Assembly (NCBI GenBank): GCA_043803225.1
Contig: JAZDKF010000047.1
Location: 1 to 55,593 of the forward strand
From: Candidatus Beckwithbacteria bacterium
GTDB taxonomy: Bacteria > Patescibacteriota > Microgenomatia > UBA1400 > CG1-02-47-37
DNA: 55,593 nucleotides
Direction of reading: 5' to 3'
Shown here: positions 14,480 to 23,996 of the stretch, piece by piece
Numbering within the stretch: position 1 is the first letter of the stretch
How the letters are laid out: the number at the start of each line of letters is the position of its first letter
Made by a program: the position numbers and the translations under genes
The notes under the pieces: generated by a model
Seen by the model: the letters and a program-made list of their open reading frames with translations, nothing else
Told to the model about the DNA's origin: nothing
Database searches by the model: none

Positions 14480-16324
14480 ATGCGAGCAGTTTTAAGCATA
14501 CTTATTGTTTTGTTCTCTATTTTTGTACCGGAATCCGTATCGGCTGTCACGTTGTTGCGGACAGTCGCCAGCCCGACTCCCACACCTGAGCCGGAGCCCG
14601 TCAGAACGATTACTGTGACATCTCCTTCGCCTACTCCCGAGAGTCGCATTATCACCATTCAGGCAACTCCGACCCCCACTCCCACCCCGCTTTTCATAAC
14701 GCCACGATCCACTCCGACTCCAACACCAGCACGTTTTACGTTTACCCAATCGTCTACCGACAGCGCTCAAACTGTCGGGAAGCTGATTATTCTTAATGTA
14801 AGCAGCTCAACGAGCTCTTCCTTTATTCCGATCACATTAGAGCGGAAAAAAGACACTGCCGAGTTGAAGTTTGACGTATTGGGGAGTGAGAGACGTGTTT
14901 CCGTCATGGCTGATTTTATTATTGAGAACGGAAGGTTTTTTCTTATCGGGAAAAACAATGAACGGCAGACTCTCAAAATGTCTCCGCCCAGTTTTTATGC
15001 TGCAGCGCTAGCGGCGCTAAAAAATGTAGGAACTCTAAGAGGATTGGAGCTTAGTCTTGAAGGCAGTAGTCCGTTCTATATCCTCGACACAACGCAAAGG
15101 GTGAAGCTCTTCGGTTTTATTCCAATTTCAGCGCGGGTGAAACTCAAAGTAGATGCCCGTACCAATATGCTTGATACCGTAAACAAAAGTCTACTCTCAA
15201 AACTGGCTCAAGTACCGGATTTCGACAATCTTCTTTCCCAAGGACCGAATTTGGAGTTCAAAAATGTTCGGTTTGAACCGTTGAGTTACCAGGCAGGAGA
15301 GAAGATTGTCATCCGGGCGGATCTCTATAATTCCGGCACCCAAACAGCATACGGTCTCGTGGGCTCGCATGTTAAAAATTGGCTGTTTCACAAGGATCAG
15401 CAGGTTTATGGAGACAATGAGCAAGTAGTCGATATTGCTCCTGGTGAATCCCAAACGATGACATATGTCTGGAATAGTGTTCTTTGCAGTGCGCCAATTT
15501 CTATTATATTTGATAGTGATAGAGTACTTGATGAAATTACCCCATCAACCGTTTGGTACGGCACGACTACATGTGCGCCAATTCATGGACCGGATCTGAC
15601 GGTTACACAGATCAATTTCGAGGGATTATCGTACGGCGGAAAGAATCCGGGAGTGTCCAATAAGGTCAACTATATCGTTAAAAACATCGGAGATGCCAAC
15701 AGCGAACCGGTCAAAGCACTTGCCAAAGCCGGTAATGGCCAATATCTATCTCTTATATCAGTTCCGTTTCTCGCACCAAACGGCTATTATTCGGGAACAT
15801 TTAATTACACTCCAGTAACCTGCGACCCGGTTGATATCAATATCGACACGCAGGGATTAATGGCAAGTACGGAAACCAATCGGGATAACAACGACATCTT
15901 TGAAGATCCACAAATAACCCAATGGTGCAATAATTTGCCTCAATTACAGTTTGATCGCGTTTATTGGAAGGTAAACGGATATTCATTTGGGAAATCCGCA
16001 TACCCCAACGGAAGTTTTATGGATTTTGAAGTAGATGTCGGTAATCTGTCTTGGGAGGCAACGGTTGGATGTGCGGCATTGGTAAAAATTCGTGTTGAAG
16101 TGAATGGCCAATTCTATACCGATATACCGGTCGGTACAGTGGGCAACTGCGCCAATGGTGGCTGGCACAGCGTAGGCGATAATGCACATATGGCAAAAAC
16201 CGTTAAGTTCAAAATCGGTCCTGCCTGTAACGCAGACGTCACGATGACCCTTGATCCTGACCATATCAATCAGGAACTTGATCGCACGAACAACGTGTGG
16301 TCTACCAAGATCCAATGTGAATAA
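14480..16324 (+). CDS. Secreted/surface protein with Pro-Thr linker and three CARDB-like (Ig-like) domains
   Basis: Signal peptide MRAVLSILIVLFSIFVPESVSA, PTPTP repeats, GPNLEF/GPDLTV/LPQLQF domain starts, DPDHINQELDRTNN; TATAGT and GGAAGG favour ATG 14480 over 14444. Confidence 0.8.
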   Translation: MRAVLSILIVLFSIFVPESVSAVTLLRTVASPTPTPEPEPVRTITVTSPSPTPESRIITIQATPTPTPTPLFITPRSTPTPTPARFTFTQSSTDSAQTVGKLIILNVSSSTSSSFIPITLERKKDTAELKFDVLGSERRVSVMADFIIENGRFFLIGKNNERQTLKMSPPSFYAAALAALKNVGTLRGLELSLEGSSPFYILDTTQRVKLFGFIPISARVKLKVDARTNMLDTVNKSLLSKLAQVPDFDNLLSQGPNLEFKNVRFEPLSYQAGEKIVIRADLYNSGTQTAYGLVGSHVKNWLFHKDQQVYGDNEQVVDIAPGESQTMTYVWNSVLCSAPISIIFDSDRVLDEITPSTVWYGTTTCAPIHGPDLTVTQINFEGLSYGGKNPGVSNKVNYIVKNIGDANSEPVKALAKAGNGQYLSLISVPFLAPNGYYSGTFNYTPVTCDPVDINIDTQGLMASTETNRDNNDIFEDPQITQWCNNLPQLQFDRVYWKVNGYSFGKSAYPNGSFMDFEVDVGNLSWEATVGCAALVKIRVEVNGQFYTDIPVGTVGNCANGGWHSVGDNAHMAKTVKFKIGPACNADVTMTLDPDHINQELDRTNNVWSTKIQCE

Positions 16325-16342
16325 GCTCTTAAAATCTTTACA

Positions 16343-17686
16343 TTATTTTCTAGAAATGGTGTAGGTGGTGGGGTAAGAGAGAAAAATTGCCGGCAAGTCT
16401 TCAAGTAAAAAGCGCTGGAAGTCCTGATAGATTTCTTTTCTTTGATCAATGTCAGAAATTTTCCGACCATCTTCCAGGAGTTTATCGATTTTCAAATTTG
16501 AATAATGAGTTATATTTGTATTTTGAGTTGAATGCCAGAGAGCATGTTGATCCGGATCTAAAGGTATTTCCTGGGCCACTAACAGTGCCTGAAAGTTTGA
16601 ATCAATACTGTTAACAACTTTGACATTGGTTTTGATATTCAAGACTTTTTCCCATGAGGCAGCGATTGATTCAGCCAAGCTTAAAAATGACTGGCTGGTA
16701 TCAAGATTAATTTCCAGCTGTCCAGAAAAGGTAGCTTCAGCAGCAAATTTATCAAATAATTCTTGTGCCTGAGACTGATTATAATTATAGGGTTTGACAT
16801 CAGGATTAAAAGCCCATGAATTTGGATTAATTGGAGTTAAGGCTCTAGACTCAGTGATTAATGATTTTTGTTCAAGGGCATAGGCTAAAGCTTGACGAAG
16901 TGATTTATTACTTAAATAATTGTCATTTAGATTAAAAATTAAACCAATATATTGATTCTGATTTATTTTTGTCTCCAAATTAACTTTTGCTTCCCAACCT
17001 GGGGTTAAAGGGTTAACCAATAAATTTTGAAGCATGTCAATTTCGCCTAATCGAAATCCAAGCCAAGCGGCTTCATTAGAGGGATAAAAACGATAAAAAA
17101 GATTTTCTTTAAAGCTAGCCATCTCGATTGATTTAAGATAAGACCCGGAATATTTAATGGCTTTCACCATAAATTGATTAGCGCCTAAATTATTTTTAGA
17201 AAAGACCGGCCGGCTGAGCAAAGTTAAAAAAGGTGAATACGATTCTTTGAGCTTAAAAATTAGCGTATAGTCATCAGGGACGCTAACACTGACATCAGGA
17301 ATAGAAAAGGACAGATCCCGGGCTTTAATAATGGAATTGTCTGACCAGCGGTTATTTTTGTTTAAATGAACTTGATAGAGTGTTTCTGCTTCTAAAATTT
17401 CCCAGGATTCAGCTAAATCCGGCAAGATCTCACCTGTTTCATTAATTTTGGTTAGTCCCCGGCTAATTTGCTGGCTAATAAAAGGCGGTAATGAATTTAA
17501 GGTATACTGGCCAACTAAGCCAACTTTTGTTTTATTTTTTATTTGCGGTAATAAAGGCAGTAAATTTTTAATGGCCATAAACAGGATGACACCGATTAGA
17601 AAACCAAAAATAATTAAACGTTGATGTTTTCCAAAAAATGACTTTAAAATCCAAAAAGGTTTACGAAATGGCCGAGCAAAAATCAT
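16343..17686 (-). CDS. ABC transporter family 5 (OppA/DppA-like) substrate-binding protein, membrane anchored
   Basis: GLTK....PDLAESW, W.D...I.A.D, LRQALAYA, YSNLKIDKLLEDGR, Y..FQ..L.EDLPAIFL. Confidence 0.85.
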   Translation of the reverse strand: MIFARPFRKPFWILKSFFGKHQRLIIFGFLIGVILFMAIKNLLPLLPQIKNKTKVGLVGQYTLNSLPPFISQQISRGLTKINETGEILPDLAESWEILEAETLYQVHLNKNNRWSDNSIIKARDLSFSIPDVSVSVPDDYTLIFKLKESYSPFLTLLSRPVFSKNNLGANQFMVKAIKYSGSYLKSIEMASFKENLFYRFYPSNEAAWLGFRLGEIDMLQNLLVNPLTPGWEAKVNLETKINQNQYIGLIFNLNDNYLSNKSLRQALAYALEQKSLITESRALTPINPNSWAFNPDVKPYNYNQSQAQELFDKFAAEATFSGQLEINLDTSQSFLSLAESIAASWEKVLNIKTNVKVVNSIDSNFQALLVAQEIPLDPDQHALWHSTQNTNITHYSNLKIDKLLEDGRKISDIDQRKEIYQDFQRFLLEDLPAIFLSYPTTYTISRK

Positions 17687-17892
17687 AGCCTAAAGTTTAA
17701 GATAGAAACAAGAACGAACAAGACTGAAAAGATGATAGTGGAAGTAAAAACAACCCGTTCGACGCCTCTTTTAGAATGATAAGCTTGCGATTGCCCACCA
17801 AAAGTTGTTCCTAAACCAGTGCCTTTTGCCTGAAGTAAGATCAAGCTAATTAAAATTATTCCAATCAAGATCTGAACAAAAGTCAAAATCAT
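17683..17892 (-). CDS. secG: Preprotein translocase subunit SecG
   Basis: ILLQAKGTGLGTTFGG motif between two TM helices. Confidence 0.9.
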   Translation of the reverse strand: MILTFVQILIGIILISLILLQAKGTGLGTTFGGQSQAYHSKRGVERVVFTSTIIFSVLFVLVSILNFRL

Positions 17893-17906
17893 AGGTTAAT
17901 TATACC

Positions 17907-18317
17907 TTAATCTGAATCAACTAAAAAATTATTTAGAAAATTAAAACTTAAACTTAAGAGAAAAGAGGTAATAATCAGAGCTACAATAGTAGAGAAAGAT
18001 AAACTAGGTATAGAAAAACCTGAGTAATTAAAAGACTTAGAAGTAAATGCGGTAATGGATAAATTATCAACAATCTTAGTAGCGATTAGAAGCACAAAAA
18101 CATTAGCTACCCAACCAAACAAACCTAAAGTAACCAAGTTTACCGGTAAAAGGAATAATTTAATAATAGGCTTAATTAAGCGATTAATTAAAGTAAAGAT
18201 AGCTCCTGCCCAAAGCAGAGAGAGCAGAGACTGAGGTATAATTAAACCGGGAAAAATCGAAGCAACAATAAAAAGAGAAAAACTATTTAGAAGACTTTGA
18301 CGAATGAAATCTTTCAT
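17907..18317 (-). CDS. 4-TM phage-holin-like membrane protein (YvlD / superfamily IV)
   Basis: NRLIKPIIKLFLLPVNLVTLGLFGWVAN motif. Confidence 0.8.
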   Translation of the reverse strand: MKDFIRQSLLNSFSLFIVASIFPGLIIPQSLLSLLWAGAIFTLINRLIKPIIKLFLLPVNLVTLGLFGWVANVFVLLIATKIVDNLSITAFTSKSFNYSGFSIPSLSFSTIVALIITSFLLSLSFNFLNNFLVDSD

Positions 18318-20139
18318 AGATTAATTTTAGCACAGGTAAGAAGAGCAACAAACCAATAAGACTAATATACAATTTGAATTTAGGATGAGAAATAATTAGT
18401 CGATAAGCCGGATCAACGCTAAGGCTATGGGTGGCGATGGCATAGTCTGATTCTGCCGTCAAGGTTTCACTAAAGCGTTGGTTCCAGCCAGTAGCCGGTA
18501 TTTCAAGGGGAATTTCAAATTGACTAAAGGGGGGTAAAACCGGGATCTCCCAGCTGGTCTGAACTAGACCTAGAAAGTTAGCGGTTAAAGTGATAGTTTG
18601 ATGATAAAGAGCGATATTACCGCTATTTAATAAGATTAGTTTACCTTTTATAGCAATTCCGGCTAACCCTTTTTTAGGTAAATCGAATTTTAAACTGGTT
18701 TGAGGTTGGTGATTTTGAGGTTTACCGAATTCGATGACAACGTCTTTAAGTTGCAAATTATTAGTTTTATAAGCTCCGGCTGGAATGGGATACTGGCTAT
18801 CTTGTCCCTGGAAGACAAAAGCAAAATGATTAAGATCATTTTGATTAAAAAAATCAACTCCACCAGTAGTATTACCCCAAGTCGGATCAATCGGGATCCA
18901 AAGATTTTTAGTCTGATCATAGTACTCCGGCCAAGCGTGAAGAACGTCTTTTTTTAAACTTAATGGCCGAAGACTAGAATTAGTAGTATAGGCAAAACCA
19001 TTAACTGCACGAGCAGGAATTTGTTTGATTCGGGCTAAGGTAATAAATAAATCAGTAAATTCCATACAGACTGCTGAGGTCGGATTATCTAAAGCATTAG
19101 CCGCTCCAAACCGGGTACTAGTATCAGTTAAACGACCGTAGTCATAAATTAAATTATTAACCACATATTGATAAATCGCTTGAGCACTGGGTAGAGTTTC
19201 GGCTAGTTTTATTAAGCGAGGATTGGAGGTTTCCCAATACTTTTGTGAGATTAAATAATCAACAGCTGAATTAATTATTTCTGGAATAAAGTCGGATTTT
19301 GGTCGAAGTAAAATCTCGGCAGAACCAGTAGCAGTAACTTCTAAATTTTGTTTTGAAGAGAGCTGATATTGAGCCAGCCAGTTACCGTCTGCATCCTGAA
19401 TAATATTTATAGGTTTGGGATAGAGAGTTTGATAAACAAGAGTTTGGAATGGAGAGTCTGGCGGTAAAGCAATTTCAGTTTTAATCGGAAAGACATTAGG
19501 ATTTTGTAAATGATAAACCAGATTAAAATCAAAGTACTGAATTTGACCGAAAGTAGCGGCTATACCCTTTTCAAACAAGTCTTCTGACCGAAATCTATAG
19601 GTGACTAAACCATCAGCCGTACTCGTATTAAGCGGTTTTGGAGTAATAGTTGCCGGAAAGCCAAAAGCCGCAGGTATAGTTAAACTAAGCTGGTAGTTTC
19701 TTAAGTTGTCAGTTTTGGAAAGGCGAGGAATAGAAATTTCCCAGACTGAGCCCAGGCGATGACAAAAATCAGTGGAGTTAAATTCAAGCGTAAACTCCTG
19801 GGCTTTATCTTTGCCTAAAACTTTATCATTAAAAGGGACGGTTATATTAGTGGTTTTATTGCCTTGAATTACAGTTGGTTCAATGGAACCTTGATTATTG
19901 TAGACTTTGATATCACTTAACTCGGTCGAACCAATGGAAAAAGTAAATTCTTTAGCATAAATATTTGAGAGTTGGTTAATAAGAGATATTTTTAGCTGGG
20001 CGTGAGTTTGACCATTGGATCTAACCGTATAATCAACGTTGTAATCTGTTAAAAAGTCAGTTTGGGCTAAAATAGGTGTTTTAAAAAACAAAAGAAAGCT
20101 AAAAAAGAAAATGATCAAATTAATCTTACGTTTAAGCAT
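18283..20139 (-). CDS. Transglutaminase-like domain surface/membrane protein
   Basis: AVCMEFTDLF (Cys), HAWPEYY (His), WIPIDPTW; signal and C-terminal TM segments; TG-T-TACAAT 6 nt before ATG 20139. Confidence 0.85.
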   Translation of the reverse strand: MLKRKINLIIFFFSFLLFFKTPILAQTDFLTDYNVDYTVRSNGQTHAQLKISLINQLSNIYAKEFTFSIGSTELSDIKVYNNQGSIEPTVIQGNKTTNITVPFNDKVLGKDKAQEFTLEFNSTDFCHRLGSVWEISIPRLSKTDNLRNYQLSLTIPAAFGFPATITPKPLNTSTADGLVTYRFRSEDLFEKGIAATFGQIQYFDFNLVYHLQNPNVFPIKTEIALPPDSPFQTLVYQTLYPKPINIIQDADGNWLAQYQLSSKQNLEVTATGSAEILLRPKSDFIPEIINSAVDYLISQKYWETSNPRLIKLAETLPSAQAIYQYVVNNLIYDYGRLTDTSTRFGAANALDNPTSAVCMEFTDLFITLARIKQIPARAVNGFAYTTNSSLRPLSLKKDVLHAWPEYYDQTKNLWIPIDPTWGNTTGGVDFFNQNDLNHFAFVFQGQDSQYPIPAGAYKTNNLQLKDVVIEFGKPQNHQPQTSLKFDLPKKGLAGIAIKGKLILLNSGNIALYHQTITLTANFLGLVQTSWEIPVLPPFSQFEIPLEIPATGWNQRFSETLTAESDYAIATHSLSVDPAYRLIISHPKFKLYISLIGLLLFLPVLKLIYERFHSSKSSK

Positions 20140-20159
20140 GAGATTATTGTAACACGGGC

Positions 20160-20189
20160 TTGACATTAGGTTTTTATTCGGGCTAAGAT
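20160..20189 (+). promoter_or_regulatory. Putative lexA promoter
   Basis: TTGACA (20160-20165), 18 nt, TAAGAT (20184-20189). Confidence 0.55.
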
Positions 20190-20205
20190 AAACCAAAGAA
20201 GATAT

Positions 20206-20829
20206 ATGCCAGTTACTTTGTATAAACGTCAAAAACAGATGATTGATTTTATTTCCCAATATATTCAATCACACGGACACTCCCCCACTTTACAAGAAAT
20301 TGCCACCTCAATGGGTTTATCATCATTGGCTACAGTTCATGAACACATTGCCACTTTAGTCAGAAAAGGTGTATTAAAAAAGTACGAAGGCTCAGTTCGA
20401 GGTTTAGAAATTGCTGATCCAAGATTTAGCAGTGACAGTGCCGGCTTAAATTTACCGGTGTTGGGTTATATTGCCGCAGGCAAACCCATCGAACCATATA
20501 CTGATCCAAACGCCACCTATAGCGTTTCACCCCACATGGTTTCAGGGAAAAAACGATCTTTTGTGTTGCAGGTTAAAGGCGACTCCATGATTGATGAAGG
20601 AATATTAGACGGCGACTATGTAATTGTTGAAGAAGACCACGAAGCTTTAAACGGAGAGATTGTTGTAGCCTTGCTGGAAAACGGGTTAGCAACTTTAAAA
20701 AGATTTTTTAAAGAAGCCACCAGAATCAGGTTAGAGCCGGCTAATTCCAACATGTCACCAATTTATGCGACTAATGTTAAAGTTCAGGGTAAAGTAGTCG
20801 GAGTGATTAGAAAATTTCAGCTAAGCTAA
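20206..20829 (+). CDS. lexA: SOS repressor LexA
   Basis: N-terminal wHTH (PTLQEIA), IAAG cleavage site, GDSM Ser, TLKRF Lys. Confidence 0.95.
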   Translation: MPVTLYKRQKQMIDFISQYIQSHGHSPTLQEIATSMGLSSLATVHEHIATLVRKGVLKKYEGSVRGLEIADPRFSSDSAGLNLPVLGYIAAGKPIEPYTDPNATYSVSPHMVSGKKRSFVLQVKGDSMIDEGILDGDYVIVEEDHEALNGEIVVALLENGLATLKRFFKEATRIRLEPANSNMSPIYATNVKVQGKVVGVIRKFQLS

Positions 20830-21652
20830 TTGTAGAGATATCAGCTTGAGCGAGAATGGTATTTTTTGCAGGTAAGAGTTGAGAGTGGTAGGTGGGTTTT
20901 TCTTGTTTGTAAAAGATACCAATTGGAAGCTTGTCAGTTTCTAAAGCTTTAGTTAAAGCTGCCTGAAAATCAGCTGGATTATGGTTGACTGATTTTAGAT
21001 CATAGCTGTTTTTTCGATACCAGTCATAAGGCAGGTTTTGATTATAAGTAACGCAGGGTTGAAGAAGATCAACGAAAGCAAAGCCTGGGTGAGTTATAGC
21101 GGCTTTAATAATTTGAGCCAGCTCGGGAATGTTGCCAGCAAAGCCGCGGCTAACAAAAGACGCATGATTAACTAAAGCAGTAGCTAAAGGGTTAAAAGCT
21201 TCTTCCAAAGAACCGTTAGGAGTACTGGGAGTAACAGTTCCCTTTTTACTAGTCGGTGACATTTGGCCAGTAGTCAAGCTATAGAGATAGTTGTTATAGC
21301 TGAGAACCACAATGTCATGGTTACCGCGAGCGGCAGCAATAAAGTGAGATATGCCTTCGCCAAAGCAACCACCATCACCAATAATGGCAATGACCGGTAA
21401 TTTTGAATTGGCTAATTTAATGCCAGCGGCAACCGGCAAAGCCCGGCCATGCAAACCATGAAAGCCATAGCTATAAAAAAAGTCAGCCAAGTTACTGGAA
21501 CAGCCAATATCATAAACAAGGGCAAGTTCATGAGATTGAATATTCAGTTGATCTAAAGCCAACTTAATGGCACCAAAAATACCGAAATTGCCGCACCCCG
21601 GACACCAGGTTGGATTAACAGTTGTGGTTCGTTTTATTGATTGTCTAGTCAT
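20807..21652 (-). CDS. 2-oxoacid:ferredoxin oxidoreductase beta subunit (TPP-binding)
   Basis: WCPGCG, DIGCS, HGRALP, GDGG..EG, YSLTTGQMSPTS, QPCVTYN. Confidence 0.93.
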   Translation of the reverse strand: MTRQSIKRTTTVNPTWCPGCGNFGIFGAIKLALDQLNIQSHELALVYDIGCSSNLADFFYSYGFHGLHGRALPVAAGIKLANSKLPVIAIIGDGGCFGEGISHFIAAARGNHDIVVLSYNNYLYSLTTGQMSPTSKKGTVTPSTPNGSLEEAFNPLATALVNHASFVSRGFAGNIPELAQIIKAAITHPGFAFVDLLQPCVTYNQNLPYDWYRKNSYDLKSVNHNPADFQAALTKALETDKLPIGIFYKQEKPTYHSQLLPAKNTILAQADISTISLAEIF

Positions 21653-23250
21653 ATCGATTTTACTTTTGCAATAATTTCTTCGGGAAAAAAGGGACGGCCA
21701 TCATATTTTAGGATTTGGGATTCTATCTTAATTCCAGTTTCTTTTTGAATTAATTGATTTAATTGGCCAGTGGAGTTAGCTTCTAAAGTAATTAATTTTT
21801 TTGATGATTTTATAAGGCGTAAAAATTCTGATTGAGGGAAGGGAAAAACCCACGAAAAGTGAATAAAGTTGGTATCAGGAAGCGAGTCAAGGGCAGTTAA
21901 GCAACTACCTTTGTTTGAGCCCCAGGAAATAACGGTTTTAACAGCGTTTTGAGGTCCGTAAAGAGTGGGTTTGACCATATCTGAATCAGAGAGCAAGGTA
22001 ATTAGTTTTTTAGCTCGCTTGTTAACCTGCTTGATTCTTGTCTCTGATACTTCGGTAGCATAACCTAAAGTATCATGCTCATAACTATTAGCCAAATGAA
22101 TTCCACCTGATTGACCGGGCAAGGAACGAAGAGAAACGCCTGTATCAGTAACCGCGTAACGATGAAAAGGAGTTTGGTTGTCTATAGCCGTAGTATTGGC
22201 GATCCCAAAACGTTGATTATTATGGTTCGTTTCAGGCTGAGTAAAAGTAAAGTAGGATTCGGCTAAATATTTGTCAGTTAAAATAATTACCGGCAGTTGA
22301 TATTTTTCTGCCAGATTTTGAGCTAACTTTGCCAATATAAAAGCTTCCTGAGGATCGCCAGGCGCCAGAACGATTCGAGGAAATTCATCCTGAGATGCAT
22401 GAATGCAAAATAAAAGATCACCTTGACCTGTCCAGGTAGGCATACCTGAGGCCGGACCAGGCCGCATAGCATCAACAATGACAAGCGGAGTTTCGGAAAC
22501 TCCAGCTAAACCTAGACATTCAGTCATTAAAGAAAATCCACCGCCTGATGTAGCCACCATGGTTCTCGCTCCAGCAAAACTAGCTCCAAGTGCCATATTA
22601 ACTACACCAATTTCATCTTCTCCCTGCCGGACGGCTAAGTTAGCTTTTAGAGCCTTTGAAGCTAAAAAGTGAAGGATAGAAGTAGCTGGAGTCATTGGAT
22701 AAGCGCTAAAAAACTTCATGCCGCCGGCAATAGCGCCTAAACTTAAAGCCTCATTACCGGTTAAAAATATTTGGTTAGATAAGCTGACTGATGGTAATGG
22801 TTTTAAAATTTTATTAAAACGTTTGGAGTTGGTTTTATACCCAAATTCAGCCGCCTTTTGGTTTTCTTTAATGACAACTTTTGATTTTTTTGAAAAGGTT
22901 TTAGCAATAGTTGAAGTTAAAATTGAAAGATCTAGGTTAAAAAATGCAGCGGAAAAGCCAAGAGCGACCATATTTTTTGACTTTGAATTAAGATGATTTT
23001 CCTGGCAGATTTTTAAAAAAAGAGGATCAGATGTGGACACTTCAAGATCAGTCAGATTTGAGGCGGAAAGAACAGGTTTTAAATCAGCCGTCAGCTGAAA
23101 AGTATTAGTGCCACCCCGAATTAATGAAGGGTATTCAGTATAACCATGAACATAAAGACCGTGCTGAAAACAGGTAGAAGCCATGATCAGACCACTAATT
23201 TTAATACCTTCCCCGGCCGAGCCAATCATTTTCCAATTAAACTTTGGCAT
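21649..23250 (-). CDS. 2-oxoacid:ferredoxin oxidoreductase alpha subunit (gamma-alpha fusion)
   Basis: GSAGEG, YPSLIRGG, YPMTPAT, EDEIG, TSGGGFSLM, RPGPASG; TG-G-TATGCT 7 nt before ATG 23250. Confidence 0.93.
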   Translation of the reverse strand: MPKFNWKMIGSAGEGIKISGLIMASTCFQHGLYVHGYTEYPSLIRGGTNTFQLTADLKPVLSASNLTDLEVSTSDPLFLKICQENHLNSKSKNMVALGFSAAFFNLDLSILTSTIAKTFSKKSKVVIKENQKAAEFGYKTNSKRFNKILKPLPSVSLSNQIFLTGNEALSLGAIAGGMKFFSAYPMTPATSILHFLASKALKANLAVRQGEDEIGVVNMALGASFAGARTMVATSGGGFSLMTECLGLAGVSETPLVIVDAMRPGPASGMPTWTGQGDLLFCIHASQDEFPRIVLAPGDPQEAFILAKLAQNLAEKYQLPVIILTDKYLAESYFTFTQPETNHNNQRFGIANTTAIDNQTPFHRYAVTDTGVSLRSLPGQSGGIHLANSYEHDTLGYATEVSETRIKQVNKRAKKLITLLSDSDMVKPTLYGPQNAVKTVISWGSNKGSCLTALDSLPDTNFIHFSWVFPFPQSEFLRLIKSSKKLITLEANSTGQLNQLIQKETGIKIESQILKYDGRPFFPEEIIAKVKSI

Positions 23251-23287
23251 AAATAACAGCATACCATAATTGATAATTTTCGTTAAT

Positions 23288-23310
23288 CCTACAAGGAGAC
23301 TCCTTGTAGG
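23288..23310. repeat. REP-1 copy upstream of RAYT1
   Basis: CCTACAAGGAGACTCCTTGTAGG, perfect 11-1-11 palindrome. Confidence 0.9.
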
Positions 23311-23327
23311 TGTATAATTAACAAATA

Positions 23328-23966
23328 ATGCCTTCGAAAAACACGTTAAAACAATATATAGAGGATAGCTATTATCATATATATAATCGTGGAGTTAATA
23401 AGGAGCGGATTTTTTTAGATGATCAAGATTATAAAACCTTTCTTAGATACCTTAAAATGTATTTATCGTTATCTGACCTACAAGGAGACTCCTTGAAGGT
23501 AAAAGTAGCGCCCTCAAGACAGTTAAAAAATTACACTGATCAAATTAAGTTAATTGCTTATTGTTTGCTTCCTAATCACTTTCATTTATTAATCTGGCAG
23601 AATGAATTTGATAAAATTAATTTTTTTATGCGATCGTTAGCGACCAAATACGCAAGATATTTTAATCGTAAATATCATCGAGTTGGACCTGTTTTCCAAA
23701 GCGTTTATAAAGCTGTTCTTGTAGAAAGTGAGGATCAATTACTTTATTTAACCAAGTATATTCATCGCAATCCAATTGAATTATTACCTACGAGGAGTCT
23801 CCTTGTAGGTTACAAATACTCAAGCTATGGTAATTATTTGAATTTATTTAATCAAGTTTGGGTTAAACCATTAGATTTTATAAACAAATCTTATAAAACA
23901 TTTGTTGAAGAAACAGATGAACGTGACTTATTAACAATAAAGTCGGTGTTAATTGAAGAAATTTAG
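23328..23966 (+). CDS. REP-associated tyrosine transposase (RAYT, Y1/IS200-like)
   Basis: YYHIYNRG, AYCLLPNHFHLL (HUH), YIHRNP (catalytic Tyr), YSSY. Confidence 0.92.
   Translation: MPSKNTLKQYIEDSYYHIYNRGVNKERIFLDDQDYKTFLRYLKMYLSLSDLQGDSLKVKVAPSRQLKNYTDQIKLIAYCLLPNHFHLLIWQNEFDKINFFMRSLATKYARYFNRKYHRVGPVFQSVYKAVLVESEDQLLYLTKYIHRNPIELLPTRSLLVGYKYSSYGNYLNLFNQVWVKPLDFINKSYKTFVEETDERDLLTIKSVLIEEI
23477..23499. repeat. REP-1 copy inside RAYT1 CDS
   Basis: CCTACAAGGAGACTCCTTGAAGG. Confidence 0.85.
23787..23809. repeat. REP-1 copy inside RAYT1 CDS (reverse orientation)
   Basis: CCTACGAGGAGTCTCCTTGTAGG. Confidence 0.85.
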
Positions 23967-23989
23967 CCTGCAAGGAGACTCCTTGTAGG
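23967..23989. repeat. REP-1 copy abutting the RAYT1 stop codon
   Basis: CCTGCAAGGAGACTCCTTGTAGG. Confidence 0.85.
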
Positions 23990-23996
23990 CTGTTAT

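Larger units (their letters stand above)
23288..23989 (+). mobile_element. REP-bounded RAYT element 1
   Basis: Tyrosine transposase gene bounded by and containing 23-bp palindromes CCTACAAGGAG-A-CTCCTTGTAGG. Confidence 0.75.

Noticed and set aside
14570-14730. Repeated CCGACTCC/ACTCCC units
   Set aside because: Explained by the Pro-Thr linker coding sequence. The units are irregular and are not a DNA repeat array.
17907-18317. Prophage suggested by the holin-like gene and lexA
   Set aside because: No endolysin, structural, terminase or integrase genes are present. This 4-TM family and LexA are common chromosomal genes.
20160-20200. Candidate LexA operator (GGTTT-N16-AAACC or TTAT-N10-ATAA) upstream of lexA
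   Set aside because: No matching motif is found upstream of uvrB, and AT-rich near-palindromes arise by chance. A genome-wide comparison is needed.
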